Positions 34,763 to 47,258 of a DNA stretch of 64,000 nucleotides are shown piece by piece. Each line of letters opens with the position of its first letter. Positions within the stretch are counted from its first letter, which is position 1. The notes beneath the pieces were generated by a model, which was given only the letters and a program-made list of their open reading frames with translations, was not told the origin of the DNA and did no database searches. The position numbers and the translations under genes were made by a program. The stretch is taken from the NCBI GenBank assembly GCA_025594325.1, contig JANHCV010000003.1, positions 1,674,001 through 1,738,000 on the forward strand. The letters are read 5' to 3'. This stretch comes from Blastocladiella emersonii ATCC 22665. Its lineage: Eukaryota > Fungi > Blastocladiomycota.

Positions 34763-35795
34763 TTAGGCGAGCTTGGCCTTAAGGATAGCCTCGAGCTTGA
34801 GCGCGTCCTCGGCAAACTTGCGGATACCCTCGGCGAGCTTCTCGGTGGCCATGGCGTCCTCGTTGTGCTCCCAGCGGAACGCCGCCTCGTTGAGCGACCG
34901 CTTGGTGTCGGCCTTGGCGGCGGCCGTCTCGGGGACGAGCCTGCGGACCAGCGTGCCCTGCGTCTGCTGGAGCTCAGCGAGGAGCGCGGGCGAGATGGTC
35001 AGGAAGTCGCACCCGGCGAGCTCCGTGATCTCGCCCGTGTTGCGGAACGAGGCGCCCATGACGATCGTCTTGTACCCGTGCGCCTTGTAGTAGGCGTAGA
35101 TGCGCGACACCGAGATGACGCCGGGGTCCGTGGACGCGTCCGTGTACGCGTTGCCCGTCGCCTTCTTGTACCAGTCGAAGATGCGGCCGACAAACGGCGA
35201 GATGAGCGTGACCTTGGCCTCGGCGCACGCCACGGCCTGCGCAAACGAGAAGAGCAGCGTCAGGTTGCAGTGGATGCCGTCGACCGCCTCGAGCTCGCGC
35301 GCCGCCTGGATGCCCTCCCACGTGGACGCGATCTTGATCAGCACGCGGTCCTTGGACACGCCGGCCGCCTCGTACAGGGCAATCAGGCGGCGCGCCTTGG
35401 CCAGCGTCGCCTCCTTGTCGAAGGACAGGCGCGCGTCCACCTCGGTCGACACGCGGCCCGGGATCAGCTTGAGGATCTCCACGCCAAAGTTGATGAGCAG
35501 CTTGTCGTTGGCCGCCTCGAGCTGCGCAGCGGGGTCCGTCGCCTGCGTCTTGGCCCACGCCACGGCCTCGTCAATGAGGCGCGCGTACTGCGGCTTCTGC
35601 GCCGCGGCCAGGATCAGCGACGGGTTGGTCGTCGCGTCCGTCGGCTTGTACTGCGCGATGCCTGTGGGCGGGATGGGTGTGAGCGGCTAGGCTCCCATGC
35701 CGGCGCGCGGAGGGGAGAGCAGCAGGCATACTCTCAAAGTCGCCCGTGTCGGCGACGATGGTGGTGAAGTTCTTGAGCTGGTCGAGGATCGACAT
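34763..35795 (-). CDS. TAL1: Transaldolase; intron 35662-35731
   Basis: [78 protein letters not shown]. Confidence 0.97.
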
Positions 35796-36226
35796 TTTGC
35801 GTGCGGGTTGGTTGATACAGAGCAAGGGAGCCGGTGGGTGATTGCTGGGGAGCAGGTCTGGGGGACCGGCCAGCCTTTTGTATGGTGGGCTCGGGCCCAG
35901 GCTCGGGCCAACCGACTGGCCGGCCAACGAGGCTTTTTTGAGCCGACGCGTTCGCGTCCCGTATCAGACCGCAAAACCCGGGTTTCGCCTGCTCACGTGG
36001 CCTGCCAGATCCAATGTTCGACGCGTTGGCGCCTCGTTCCGCCCGCTTCCGGCCGCCTTGCCGCCTGCCCGCGCCGCCTCGCTGACGAGAGCGAAAAAGC
36101 ACGCGATCGTCGTTCGCGGTGAGGGATTTAAAACCGCCCTGGCCGCCGCGGGCGACCCTCGCTCCCCTGCCCGACGACGCACTCCCACGCATCGCACGCA
36201 TCACCACCCTTTATCGAAACATCACC

Positions 36227-36688
36227 ATGGTCAAGGCCGTTGCAGTTCTCCGCGGCGACGCCAACGTCACGGGCACCGTGACCTTCACGCAGGAGACCGA
36301 GTCGTCGCCCGTGGTCGTGGAGGCGACCATTTCGGGGCTCAAGGCGGGCAACCACGGGTTCCACATCCACGAGTTTGGCGACAACACCAACGGCTGCGTG
36401 TCGGCGGGCCCGCACTTCAACCCGGCCGGCCACACGCACGGCGCGCCCTCGGACGCGGTGCGCCACGCCGGCGACCTCGGCAACATTGTCGCGGGCGCCG
36501 ACGGCGTCGCCAAGGTCAACCTCTCGGACAAGGTGATCACGCTGGTCGGCGTCCACTCGATCATCGGCCGCACCGTCGTCGTGCACGCCGACGAGGACGA
36601 CCTCGGCAAGGGCGGCCACGAGCTCTCGGCCACCACGGGCAACGCCGGCGGCCGCGTCGCGTGCGGCGTCATTGGCATCGCCAAGTAA
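36227..36688 (+). CDS. SOD1: Cu/Zn superoxide dismutase, intronless, 153 aa
   Basis: [75 protein letters not shown]. Confidence 0.98.
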   Translation: MVKAVAVLRGDANVTGTVTFTQETESSPVVVEATISGLKAGNHGFHIHEFGDNTNGCVSAGPHFNPAGHTHGAPSDAVRHAGDLGNIVAGADGVAKVNLSDKVITLVGVHSIIGRTVVVHADEDDLGKGGHELSATTGNAGGRVACGVIGIAK

Positions 36689-37034
36689 GCGAGTGTGCGT
36701 CTCTTTGCGATGTGGCGCGCGCGTGGTCCCTGAACTCGGAGCACTGACCTCCCCTCGCGCGTCCTTCTCGTAGGGCTCCCGAGACCAAGAAGACCAAGAG
36801 TCGCCTGTAGAGAGATTGTTGTCGTGTTGTTGGCGTGTGTGACTGAGATGATTCCGGGCCGCGGGGCCGTGCGTGCCCCTCGGCCGAGTAAAGCTATTGA
36901 TGGTGAACCCTCTTTCGTGGACGGTCGGCGACGTGGCAGAGTCATCTATGCTAGGGAACAAGCGCGAACGAGAGAGAGAGAACATGAACAACAAGAAATG
37001 AGGAGAGAATCAAACACATCACCACCGTCAACCA

Positions 37035-38075
37035 CTACCCTTCGAGACCCATGGGAATCGCCTCAGTCGCGAGCGCGAACGTGGACCGGGACCCGCCGCC
37101 ATTCGACACGTTGCCGGCGGACTTGTTCCACCCGCCGCCCGACAGCGTGAGGACGGGAACCCCGTCGGCGTCGACGCCCGTGGCGCTGGCCGCGCCCGCC
37201 GTGGCCGCCAGCAGCCGCATCTTGCGCTCGGCCACCTCGCGCATGTGCGCGTCGTGCATGGCCAGCCGCGTCTTCTTCTCCTCGAGCTCGCGCGCGCGGT
37301 TCGCCGCGATCCGCGCCTCGCGGTCCGCCACCAGCGCGCGGAGAAGGGTTGGGTCTAGGTCCTTGTCCTTGGCGAGCGCCGCCGGGTCCTATGTTGAGGG
37401 ATATCGTCAGTGTTCTGCGGAAGGAAGCGATGAAGAGAGAGACGGACGAACCTCCTCCCACCGCGTCTCGGCCTCGCGCAGCTTACGCTGGATCTCGTCG
37501 TTGCTGAGGTGCGCCATGGGCTGCAGCTGCGTGCGCCGCCGGTTGCGCGGGTTCGCGGACATGGGCTTGCGCGCACGCACCTTGACCGTGTCGTCGAGCG
37601 GGATGTCGAAGGACGTTGGCCGGATCGATTCCTCCGCGACTGCCGTGGCCGCCGTCAGGCTGACCCCCGTCGGCGAGATGGACGGCAGCGCGGCCCGCGT
37701 CACGCCCGCAGACCCAACGCCGAGCGACTTGGACGACCCCGCGCTGTGCCGCGTCCCGATCCCCGAGTCGCTGCGCACCGTCGGGTCGACCTTGGCCGTC
37801 GCCGCCGACGCGGGCTTGGAGGCGCCGGAGGTGGCGAGGCCGGCGGCGGCCGAGCTGCGACTCGAGGGCGACGGCGCCGCCGCCGAGCGAGCGGGCGAGT
37901 GCGATGGTGGTGGTGCTGAGACGGCGGTCGGCGGGGCGGCGGCCACGACGGGAGCAGGTGCCGGTGCGGCCTTGGCCGTCTCAGCGACGAGTACGGGTGC
38001 TGCAGGAGCGGCGGCCGTGGTAGTCGATGGCGACGCGGCAGCGTGCGCGGCTTCCTTGGATGCGCCACAGCCCAT
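37035..38075 (-). CDS. Stathmin-domain protein (STMND1-like) with N-terminal MGCGAS acylation motif; one intron near 37390-37450
   Basis: MGCGASK start, low-complexity linker, SFDIPLDD, LSNDEIQRKLREAETRWE and a predicted coiled coil (RARELEEKK..AMHDAHMREVAERK). Confidence 0.6.
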
Positions 38076-38901
38076 GGTTGGTGACGGGTAACGGGGTAGA
38101 GATAGGTATAGCAGGGGTGCGAGATCAGGGCGTGACCTCGACGATGGATGGCAAAATGTGGGTAGAGAGGGAGGGCGAGCGGCTGGACCAGCAGCAGTCG
38201 CGCAAGAACGGGTACAGGCGGAGGCGGGGTGGTACGAGCACGGCCAGCGAGCTCGACGCGGTCTATAGGGGTGGTGGTGGTGGTGGTGGTGGTATGGATG
38301 AGAGAGAGGGGAGCCCGACCACGTTGCACGGTGCGCGCACGTCGTGGGTCGGCGGGCAGCGGAGCGAGGGCGAGGGCGAGTGGAGGTGCAGGTCGAGGTC
38401 TGTCGGCGAGGCGACGACGGGAGCGCGTTGATCGAGCTGTTGCGTTGCGTTGCCGTCGGATACAGATGCGTGGTAGCGAGCGTGGCGTTGGTCGCAAGAA
38501 TAGACGAGCAAGTCGGGGGGAGGGAGGGTGGGACGGGGAGAGAGAGAACGGATCAGTACGCGTGCACGCGTCGCGGGGGTCGGAGCGGGGGTAGCTCCTC
38601 GAACCTTGATAGATCGGTGAGTCGGACGTGCGTGTGTGGCGGCAGGATGTGTCCGAGCTGAGATATCGCAGCGACGCGTGCGTGCGTGCGCCGTCTGGGC
38701 CAGCGCGACCTCGATGTAGCCGTTGCGACGGGTTGTGGGGGTTCCGGCCAGGCCAAGGTGTACCACGCGTGCGATACAGCGGGCCCGTGGACCGCCGCGT
38801 CCACACAGCAAATTACACTATCCAGCGCGTGACGCGGGTCGCTGTCAGCTTGCGTCGCACTGCGCCGGGACGCGTGAGGCATTTGGGCGCGAGACACGCG
38901 C

Positions 38902-38988
38902 GCGCGAAACAAAATTTCGCGCATGTGACGGCATGTGGCGGCGCGAAACGAGGGGGAGGAGAGGCGCGGCGCGTCTCGCGAAACGCGT
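38902..38988. promoter_or_regulatory. Cluster of E2F/SBF-type sites (GCGCGAAA x3, CGCGAAA, ACGCGT)
   Basis: GCGCGAAA 38902-38909, TTTCGCGC 38915-38922, GCGCGAAA 38941-38948, CGCGAAA 38977-38983, ACGCGT 38983-38988. Intergenic, upstream of the stathmin-like gene. Function is inferred. Confidence 0.5.
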
Positions 38989-39170
38989 CTCCCGAACGGC
39001 ACGCGTCGCTCATGTGATCGCGTGTGTGTCTCTGCCTCACGCATTCCGCGCCTCGCCCATGTTTCTCGCAGAAGTCCCTTGGTCACGATCACACACGCAC
39101 ACGGAGATCGTGAAGAAGAAAAACGTAGTGTGGATTCGCATAATAGAGCCACCTTCCCCCCAAACCCGCG

Positions 39171-42100
39171 CTACTGCCCCGCCGTCTGGATCTGGCTGGC
39201 GTCGAGCCCGAGCGCGTGGAGGAACAGGTTGACGTTGAAGATGGACCGCTCAGCCTTGTCCGCGGCGACGCCTTCGGGCGCAGCGGCGCCGTCGTACGCG
39301 ACGTCGAGCTGGCCGGCGACCACGTTGCCCAAAATCCGCTCGCGGACCTCGGCCACGAGCATGTGCTGCTGGTCGGCGGACGCGGCGACGGCGAGCGACG
39401 CGATGAACTGCCAGACGTGCGCGTCGTCGGTGAGGTAGAACTCGAGGAGCTCGGCGGCCGAGGGGACCGCGATCCCCGACTCGGGTGGCGGGAGCGGCGG
39501 GACGAGCAGGCTCGGCAGGCGCGCGAGCGGGAGCGACGCGGGCAGGTTCGACATGGAGGTCACGGGGAAGAAGGCGAGGTAGTGGCCGTGCAGCTCGCCG
39601 AACACGCGCTGGTACAGCTGCGGCCACCCGTCGGCGGCGCCCGCCTGGCTGAGGATCTCGGCGCGCGACACGAGCATCGTGAGCAGGGCGAGCCCGGCCT
39701 TGGCGCTGCCGAGCCGCACCACGTCGTTGCGGTCGAGGAGCACCTCGAGGCACGACGACACCACGTCCCAGGAGGCCTCGGTGACGAACGCCACGACCGG
39801 CGGGAACACGTGGTGCATGAACGTCTCGACGTCGTCGACGAACTGAAGCAGCGCGTCGACGCTGGGCCGCGACGACGCGAGCCCGGGGAACAGCTGCGGC
39901 GCCGCGAACAGCGCGGGGATCGACGCCTGGCGGACCACATCGAGCTGCTGCGCGTGCGCGAACAGGGCGAGCACGAGCAGCGTGACGTGCTGCGGGGCGA
40001 GCGCGCGCACCATGCGCGGGAACAGCTTCTTGCCCTTGGCGCACGCGAGCGTCTGGACGAGCGGGTGCACCTCGCCCTCGCCCGACGTGTGCATGCGCGC
40101 CCACAGCGTGTCCATGGCCGTGCCGAGCTCGCGCTCCCACACCTCCGTCTCCTCGTCGAGCGACAGCGGCCGCTCGTCGCCGTCCTCGGTCACGACCACG
40201 GTGCGCTTCGAGTCGGCCGTCGGCGCCGTCCGCTGCAGGTGCTCGACCTCGAGCACCAGCGCGTACAGGTCCTCGGTCACCTTGAACACGAGCTTGCGCG
40301 CGAGCTTGCCGTTGAGCCCGCCGAGCGACGACGAGGGGGTGCCGCTGGCGGGACCCGACCCGGTCGCGCTCGTCGGCGCCGACGTGTTGATGCTGACGAT
40401 CTGGCGCGGGTTCTTGGTCGTCTTGAGCGAGATCTTGCCCAACGCGCCCTCGAGCGAGACTGGATTCAGGTCGCACATTAGTTTTCCTTCTCGCGCGCTA
40501 GTGAACGGGTGAAAGCGCACACTGCGTGGTCTTGGGCCGCTTCTTAGCGTTTTGGACGATGCGGTTGATCTGGTCCTGGAGCGAGCCGTTGCGCGCCGCG
40601 CGTTGGAGCAGGCCGGGCTGGCGACGGCGGTCGTTGCCGCCGCCGTTCTTGTCGTTACCGCTGCTGCTGCTGCCGCCCGCGGTCGTCGACGCCGCCGCGT
40701 TCTCGGACGCCGCAGCGGGAGCGGCGCCCTCGGCCTTGCCCGACTCGGCGTCCGCAGCCGGGGTCGCCGGAGTCGCCGGCTCCTGCTGCTGCTCCTGCTG
40801 GGGCTCGCCGCTAGCCGCAGCCGCAGCAGCAGCTTCCTCGTCCTCGTGGGTGGCCTTGAACACCTGGAAGTAGTAGTCCTCCTGCATGGGGTCGGCCGAG
40901 ACGAGCTGCGAGATCTGGATGCGCGCGATCATATCCTTTTCGTACTGGGACATGATGCCCGTGAACCGCTGGGTCTCGCGCATGCGCGTCTCGCGGCGCG
41001 CGCGACGCAGCGCCCGCGTCTGCTGCTCGCGCGCCTGAGCGTGCATGTGCTGGCCGAGCATCATGCGCTCCACGTCCTCGAGCGACATGGGCGGCATGCC
41101 GGGAGGCATCATGCCCGGCGGCGGGGGCGGCATACCAAACATGGGCGGCATGCCAGGGGGCAGCATGCCGAACGGCGGCGGCATCATCCCCGGGTGCGCC
41201 ATGTGCGGCGACGGGACGGCCGCGGCAGCGTCGCCGTTGTTCTTGTCGGCGTCCTCGCCGGCTTCGCCGGCCGGCGGCGGGGGCGGCTGCATGCCCGCGG
41301 GCGGGTAGCCCGGCGGCATCATGCCGGGCGGCGGCGGCATCCCGAACATGGGCGGGTACCCGGGCGGCATGCCGGGCGGCGGACCCATGCCCGGCGGGAA
41401 CATGCCCATGTACGCGGGGTGGCCGGGCGGCGGCGGGTACATGCCCATGGGGCCCATGACGTGCGGCGGCATGTCGGCGGGGTTGCCCGTCGACGGCAGT
41501 GGCAGGTTGCTGGAGCTGTTGTTGTTGGAGGGCGCGCCCGAGGGGTGCTGCGACGGCGGCTGCGAGTTCATGAGGCGCGCCTCGAGCTCGGCGAGCGACA
41601 GGCCCTGCTGCTGCTGCTGCTGCTGGGCAGGCTGGCCGGAGTACAGGGCGTCCGAGGACGCGTTACCCGAGGGGCCTAGGTGTGGGCGGGAGTCGTGTCA
41701 GTGCGAGATCGTTACTGGACCCGCGTAACGCGGCGTACCCGAGTGGCTGGCGCGACGGGCAGCCTCGAGGCAGTTGAAGGCCATGCTGAGGGCGCTGTTG
41801 GCGGCCGAGTCCTTGCCGGCGCCGCCGGCGCTGGTGTTGCCACCGGCGAAGCGCATGGCGTCGAGCTGCTGGGCGAGCTGGTCGTTGGCCTGGCCCTGCT
41901 GGTACTGAGCAGGCGCACTGGTAGACGACGGACACGCTGTCAGCCTCATCCCTCCTACTCGTAACACCGTGGACGCGTACCCCCACCCGCCCTGGACCGG
42001 CATGCCGTGGATATCGCGGACGGGCCCGCCGGCCGGGTGCTGCATGGCGGCGTTGGACACGGGCGCGTTCTGGCGCTCAAAGACGCTGAGCAGGTCGCTG

Positions 42101-42354
42101 TTGCCGCCGGTCGGCGCGCCGGGGTACGCCGCGGGGGCGTGGTACGCGGGGATCGCGGAGTCGTCGGTCAGGCCCTCGAGGTCCTTGAAGTGGATCACGT
42201 CCATGTCGCCGCGGCCGCCGTCATGGTGCTGGTGCTGGTGCGGGTGCTGGTGGTGCGGCGGCGGGGGCAAGTTCCCCCACGGCGAAGCGGCCTCGGGCTG
42301 CGGCGGCGGCGGTTGCTGGCCGCGGCCGCCGGCGTCGAACCGGTAGAATGACAT
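39171..42354 (-). CDS. PAT1: mRNA decapping activator Pat1 (topoisomerase II-associated protein), multi-exon
   Basis: Pro/Met-rich region, then FTGIMSQYEKDMIARIQISQLVS.DP..EDYYFQV, GALGKISLKTTKNPRQIV, IEDLY-like LVFKVTEDLYALVLEVE, LACAKGKKLFPR, VWQFIASLAVAASADQQH.LVAEVRERIL, VNLFLHALGLD. Confidence 0.92.
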
Positions 42355-42914
42355 TGAGGGTCCGGTTTCCGTGACGTTGCGCGGAGCTGCGTGTGGCTTC
42401 GTTGCCGATCAGACGTGCATGCGCAGGGGGTCGCGGGGAGGGAACGGCGGAGACGCGCTGCGCGCGGCGTTCAAGGGGCGGCCGAGACGGCGTCGGGCGA
42501 GAGCGTGGCGCCAAGTCACCCTCTCGCTTCAACGTGGCGCGACGGTCACTTCTTTCGTGAAGGCCGATCGTCGACGAAGACCATCTCACACTCGAGAACT
42601 TCAAACCAGACCTCAAACTGACAGCGAGGACCTCCAACTTGGACGAGCACAATTGAGGAAACAAAATGGACCAGAGAACAGAGGCCAGCACCGAACATTC
42701 CGAGAGACAGACGCTCGAGGGGGCCATCTGTATTAGACACTGCAGCAAGGTCAAGAAGGAGCTGGTGCATTGCAAGAATGCCGAGTGGGAGGCGGAGAGA
42801 GCGGGGGTGACAATGACAAAGGGTGGCGGCAGGAGGGAGGCGATACAAGGCGAGGAGCAGTAGTCAGCGACACGAACAGAAAGGAGCAAACGAGAACGAG
42901 AGAGAGCACGCACT

Positions 42915-43973
42915 TTACTTCTTCTTGGCGACACCGACGGTCTTGCCGCGGCGGCCGGTGGTCTTGGTGTGCTGACCACGGACACGGATGCCCCAGTAGT
43001 GGCGGAGACCGCGGTGAACGCGCATCTTCTTGAGGCGCTCGAGGTCCTCACGGAGCGTGTTGTCGACGGCGTTCGACACGTGCTGCGTGTACTCACCGGT
43101 GCGGATGTCCTTCTGACGGTTAAGGAACCACTTGGGGATCTTGTACTGCAGGGGGTTCTGGATGATCGTCACGATGCGCTCCAGCTCCTCGGCCGTGATC
43201 TCACCAGCGCGCTTGTTGGTGTCGACCTCGGCCTTCTTGCACACCAGGTTGGCGTAGCGGCGACCCACACCCTTGATCGACGTCAGGGCGTACATGATCT
43301 TGTCCTTGCCCTCAAGGTTGGTGTTGAGGACACGGAGGATGAAGGAGAACGAGCCCTTCTCGGAAACGACGAGCGACTGTTCGGTGGGGACGGCGGGACG
43401 TGGTGGAAATCGTTAGTTCAGAGGTTCGCGGGACGGCGTTTTTTTTTTCGCAGTGAGGGCGCCCACGCAGGGCGACGCAAACGCAGAGGTGACAACGCTC
43501 GCCATGCACGCAGTCTCGGAATTGTCGGCGGCCGTTCCGCAGCACAGACGTCGCCACAGCATCGTCGTAGTCGTCAGTCGGCCGCGTGCGACTGCCGAAC
43601 GCACACCGCGACAGGGCAAACCGAACGCGCAGCATGCCGGCATGCAAACGTCGATCAACGATTCGGGGTGCCGCATCGCAGTGACGAGTGGCAGCGTCGC
43701 CGGTGCACAGCACGATCCGTTGTTCGGGTCGTCACGTCCAGCCATCCGGACGTTGGAGTCGCCCCGGCAGCGTTAGCACCACCCAATCGACGATAGTCTC
43801 CCCGTGCATGACGGATGGTCCAGCGTGACGACGTGGTCTGCGGCCTGCGACGGCGCTGGCGGTGTTGATACATGGTGTCGGCCGTCTGGCGACGAGATGC
43901 ATTTTCATGGCGAGTGGTTTGCGTTGCGTCGCGCGCGCATGCGTGGGCGCCGTAACGGGCTAGCGCGTGCCAT
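42915..43973 (-). CDS. RPS18: 40S ribosomal protein S18 (uS13); exon 1 is the ATG only, candidate GC-AG intron 43377-43970
   Basis: [39 protein letters not shown]...[17 protein letters not shown]...[22 protein letters not shown]. Protein call is certain; exon 1 placement is inferred. Confidence 0.95.
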
Positions 43974-44537
43974 GATGGATTCTTCGGTCTGATCGCGAAA
44001 GAGAGCCTGCAGTCTTAGTCGCTCCAGCGTCCTTGACTTCGGCGGCAGGCCGGTGGCGCACAGGTCAAAACTGTGGCTGATCCGGTCATGTGAGTGGCGC
44101 CCTTCACTTGTCTCGCAGGCTGCTGCGCCATCGACGACGCGTGTTGCTCGACGCGTTTGGAGACGTGCTGTTTCGGGATACTTTTTTCAACCGCACTCCA
44201 CATCTCCAACGCGGGCGACCCTCGGCCCAGGCACGGAGGCTCCAGGAGAGCGCGCGCGAGCATCCAACAAGGCGGCGCCCTTGTTCACTTCGGCAGTCTC
44301 GCGCGTTGAGCAGCCGCGACGTTGGATCGCGCGCGCCGACCGTACATCGCTGACCCCCTGTCCGGCGCTCCTCGCTTCTCCTGAGGTGGCACAGTGCTCG
44401 GCACCACTACGCTCCCCACGCCCTGATCCGACCCGCTGGCCAAAAGACGGCGCATAAAGAGCGCCCCGCGTCCCTTTCACCCCCCATCTCTTTGCGATTG
44501 AGCCCTTTCCCCGCGAACAACCCCCCTGTTCTGCCGT

Positions 44538-46238
44538 ATGGACTCGATCAAGTCGCTCATGTCGCAGCTCATTTCCGCCATCACCGAGGCCGCGTCGTCG
44601 TCCGACAAGGTATCCGCGCTCCTCGCGACCGCGCAGGCCAAGTCGCAGCAGCTCGGTCCCGGCGGCGCCGTCCTACTCGGCCTCCTCACCCTCTGGCTCC
44701 TCCGCCGCCTCCGCGGCTCGCGCCAGCGCACGCTCAATGGCCTGCCGCTCCCGCCGCAGCCCGCGGGCCAGTGGCCGGTGGTCGGGCACCTGCCGCTGCT
44801 CGGGATGCACGCGCACGACACGCACAAGCTGATGCAGCGGCTCGCGGGCGAGCTCGGGCCCGTGTACATGCTGCAGATGGGGACGGAGCGGGCCGTGGTG
44901 ATCTCGAACGAGGAGCTCGCGCGCGAGGCGCTCATCAAGCGCGGCAAGGCGTACAGCGGCCGGTTCGTGACGCGGCTGTGGTCGCTTGTGACCGAGAACG
45001 GGTCGAACCTCGCCATGGCGCCGTACGGCGACGGGTGGCGGCACACGCGGCGCGTCGCGCACAAGATCCTGACGCCGCTCGCGCTGTCGTCGCTCGACGC
45101 GTCGCTCGAGCGCGAGGCGGTGCGCCTGCTGTCGCACCTGCGCGACACGCCCGAGCTCAACGTGATCCCGCTGTTCCAGCGGTACACGGCCAACGTGATT
45201 TTCTCGAAAGCGCTCGGCCTCTCGTTCGCGTCGCTCGACGACCCGACGCTCACCACCATCATCCAGTGCGCGGCCGACCTGTTCGACGCGGTCGGCGTCG
45301 GCGGCGTCGAGGAGTACCTGGGCAAGAACGGGTGGGCCATGGCGTGGCCCGGGTCCGCCGTGGTGCGGCTGCTCTCGGCGCGCAAGACGCGCCAGGTCGA
45401 CTCGGTCATCGAGCGCTTCTACGTCGGTATCCTCCTCCCGCGCCTGCAGTTCCTCAAGGACCGGCTCGCGCACGAGACGCCCGACCAGCGCGCCGCGCGC
45501 GACCTGTGCTACGCCGAGGAGCTGCTGCTCAACGGCGAGTCGGACGCGGAGCTGGCCATGTCCATGACGCAGATCAAGCAGCTCATGGCGGACCTGCTGA
45601 TCGCGGGGCTCGACACGACCGCGGCCACGCTGTCGTGGCTCGCGCTGCAGCTCGTCAACCACCCGGCCGCGCAGGCCAAGGCGCACGCCGAGCTCGACTT
45701 GCTGCGCGACGCGCACGGCAAGCCGCGGCTGCCGGGGCTCGAGGACATGGATGCGCTGCCGTACACGCGCGCCATCATCAAGGAGGTGCTGCGCGGCGTG
45801 CCCGTGGGCCCGCTCGGCCTGCCGCGCATGACGACCGAGGACACGGAGGTCGGCGGGTACGCGGTGCCGAACGGGACCCAGGTCATCTTCGACATCGTGA
45901 GCATCCACGACAGCATGTACCCGGGCGCCGGGACCGAGTTCAAGCCGGAGCGGTGGCTCGCCGGAGGCAAGGGCGACGCCAAGGCCAACCTCGAGATCCC
46001 CGACGGGCTGTACACGTTCGGCCAGGGCCGCCGGCTGTGCCCCGGGTTCCACCTCGCGTACCGCGAGCTGTTCCTCGTCACGTCGACGATGCTCGCCGCG
46101 TTCGAGCTGCGCAGCGGCGACCCCGAACGCAAGACGCTCCGCATGGACGAGGCGTTTGGGCTCACGGTGCTCCCCAAGCACGGCGTGCCCGTGCAGTTTG
46201 TGCCGCGCGGCAAGGTCGAGTGGGCCGGCAAGGCGTAG
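44538..46238 (+). CDS. Cytochrome P450, intronless, 566 aa
   Basis: N-terminal TM then PPQP..WPVVGHL, I-helix LLIAGLDTT, EVLR, FKPERWL, heme motif FGQGRRLCPG. Confidence 0.97.
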   Translation: MDSIKSLMSQLISAITEAASSSDKVSALLATAQAKSQQLGPGGAVLLGLLTLWLLRRLRGSRQRTLNGLPLPPQPAGQWPVVGHLPLLGMHAHDTHKLMQRLAGELGPVYMLQMGTERAVVISNEELAREALIKRGKAYSGRFVTRLWSLVTENGSNLAMAPYGDGWRHTRRVAHKILTPLALSSLDASLEREAVRLLSHLRDTPELNVIPLFQRYTANVIFSKALGLSFASLDDPTLTTIIQCAADLFDAVGVGGVEEYLGKNGWAMAWPGSAVVRLLSARKTRQVDSVIERFYVGILLPRLQFLKDRLAHETPDQRAARDLCYAEELLLNGESDAELAMSMTQIKQLMADLLIAGLDTTAATLSWLALQLVNHPAAQAKAHAELDLLRDAHGKPRLPGLEDMDALPYTRAIIKEVLRGVPVGPLGLPRMTTEDTEVGGYAVPNGTQVIFDIVSIHDSMYPGAGTEFKPERWLAGGKGDAKANLEIPDGLYTFGQGRRLCPGFHLAYRELFLVTSTMLAAFELRSGDPERKTLRMDEAFGLTVLPKHGVPVQFVPRGKVEWAGKA

Positions 46239-46423
46239 GATGGACGGTCGTGAGAAGTGTACATAGTCAGTGGTGTCGTATCCCCATCAAGAGGGAGTAG
46301 TAGCAGTAGCCGTGATTTGTTCCTCACATCCCATCATGTCGGATCGGCAGCGGCGTGGCAAAAACGAGACTAGTATGTTGATGATGTGAGGTGAGAAACA
46401 GACGACGAGCGGACGCAACCGGT

Positions 46424-47258
46424 CTAGGCCGATGGCTGAGCAGCACCGGCACCCGCGGCCGCCTCCATGTCCTTGACGCGCTGGCCGAGCAGAGCCGCGA
46501 GCGAGGACTGGTTCTGGCCGAGGATACTGGCGATGCGCTGGGCGGGGGCGCCGAGGACGGCGACGAGCTCGGCGCGCAGCTGGCCCATATTGGGGAGCGT
46601 CGAAAAGTGCTGCACGGCGTCGGGCGCGTAATAGGTGCCGTTGAGCACGGCGCCCGTGATCTGCACCTTCTTGAACTTGGTCACGGCGGCGAGGATGTCG
46701 GCGACGGTCGCGGGCTCGACGGACTGCGACTTCGGGTACCGCAGGAAGCCGGACGGCGCGGGCTTCGCAGCCTTGGCGGGCGCGGGGAGGGCATAGAAGG
46801 CGGCGTTCTGGCCGGTGAGGTCGGGCGCGAGACGCGCCGACTCGACGCCATGGTTGCGGGCGGCGACGCTGAAGGTGCCGTTGGCAATGGACTTGACGCC
46901 GACGCGGTGGGCCTTGAGGGCGAGGCGCAGGGCGCCCCACTCCTTTTCGCTCATGTTGGGGGCGCGCGCGACGACGAGCGCGGGCGAGTTGAGCAGCGTG
47001 TACTTGTACTCCTTGACCAGCATCTGCTTCTTGACCGGGTACTTGCGCTTCCCCGCGGGCACGGGGCAGATCACTGCGCGACGGGAGGGGAGGTGTGAGG
47101 GAGGGGGTGGGAGGGCGATCGAGATCCCGGTGATGCGTACGGGTACGCCGGGGCATGGCGAGAGCGGCGGGCGTGGTCGCAAAGGCCTTGGGGGCCACGG
47201 CCGAGCGGAGGCCGGCGCCCAGCAGGGTCGAGGACGACGAGAAGAGGGACCGGTTCAT
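46424..47258 (-). CDS. Mitochondrial ribosomal protein uL10m-like
   Basis: Presequence MNRSLFSSS..., one intron, then KKQMLVKEY..LL, NMSEKEWGALRLALK, VKSIANGTF, GAVLNG, STLPNMGQLRAELVAVLGAPAQRIASIL. Confidence 0.7.
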
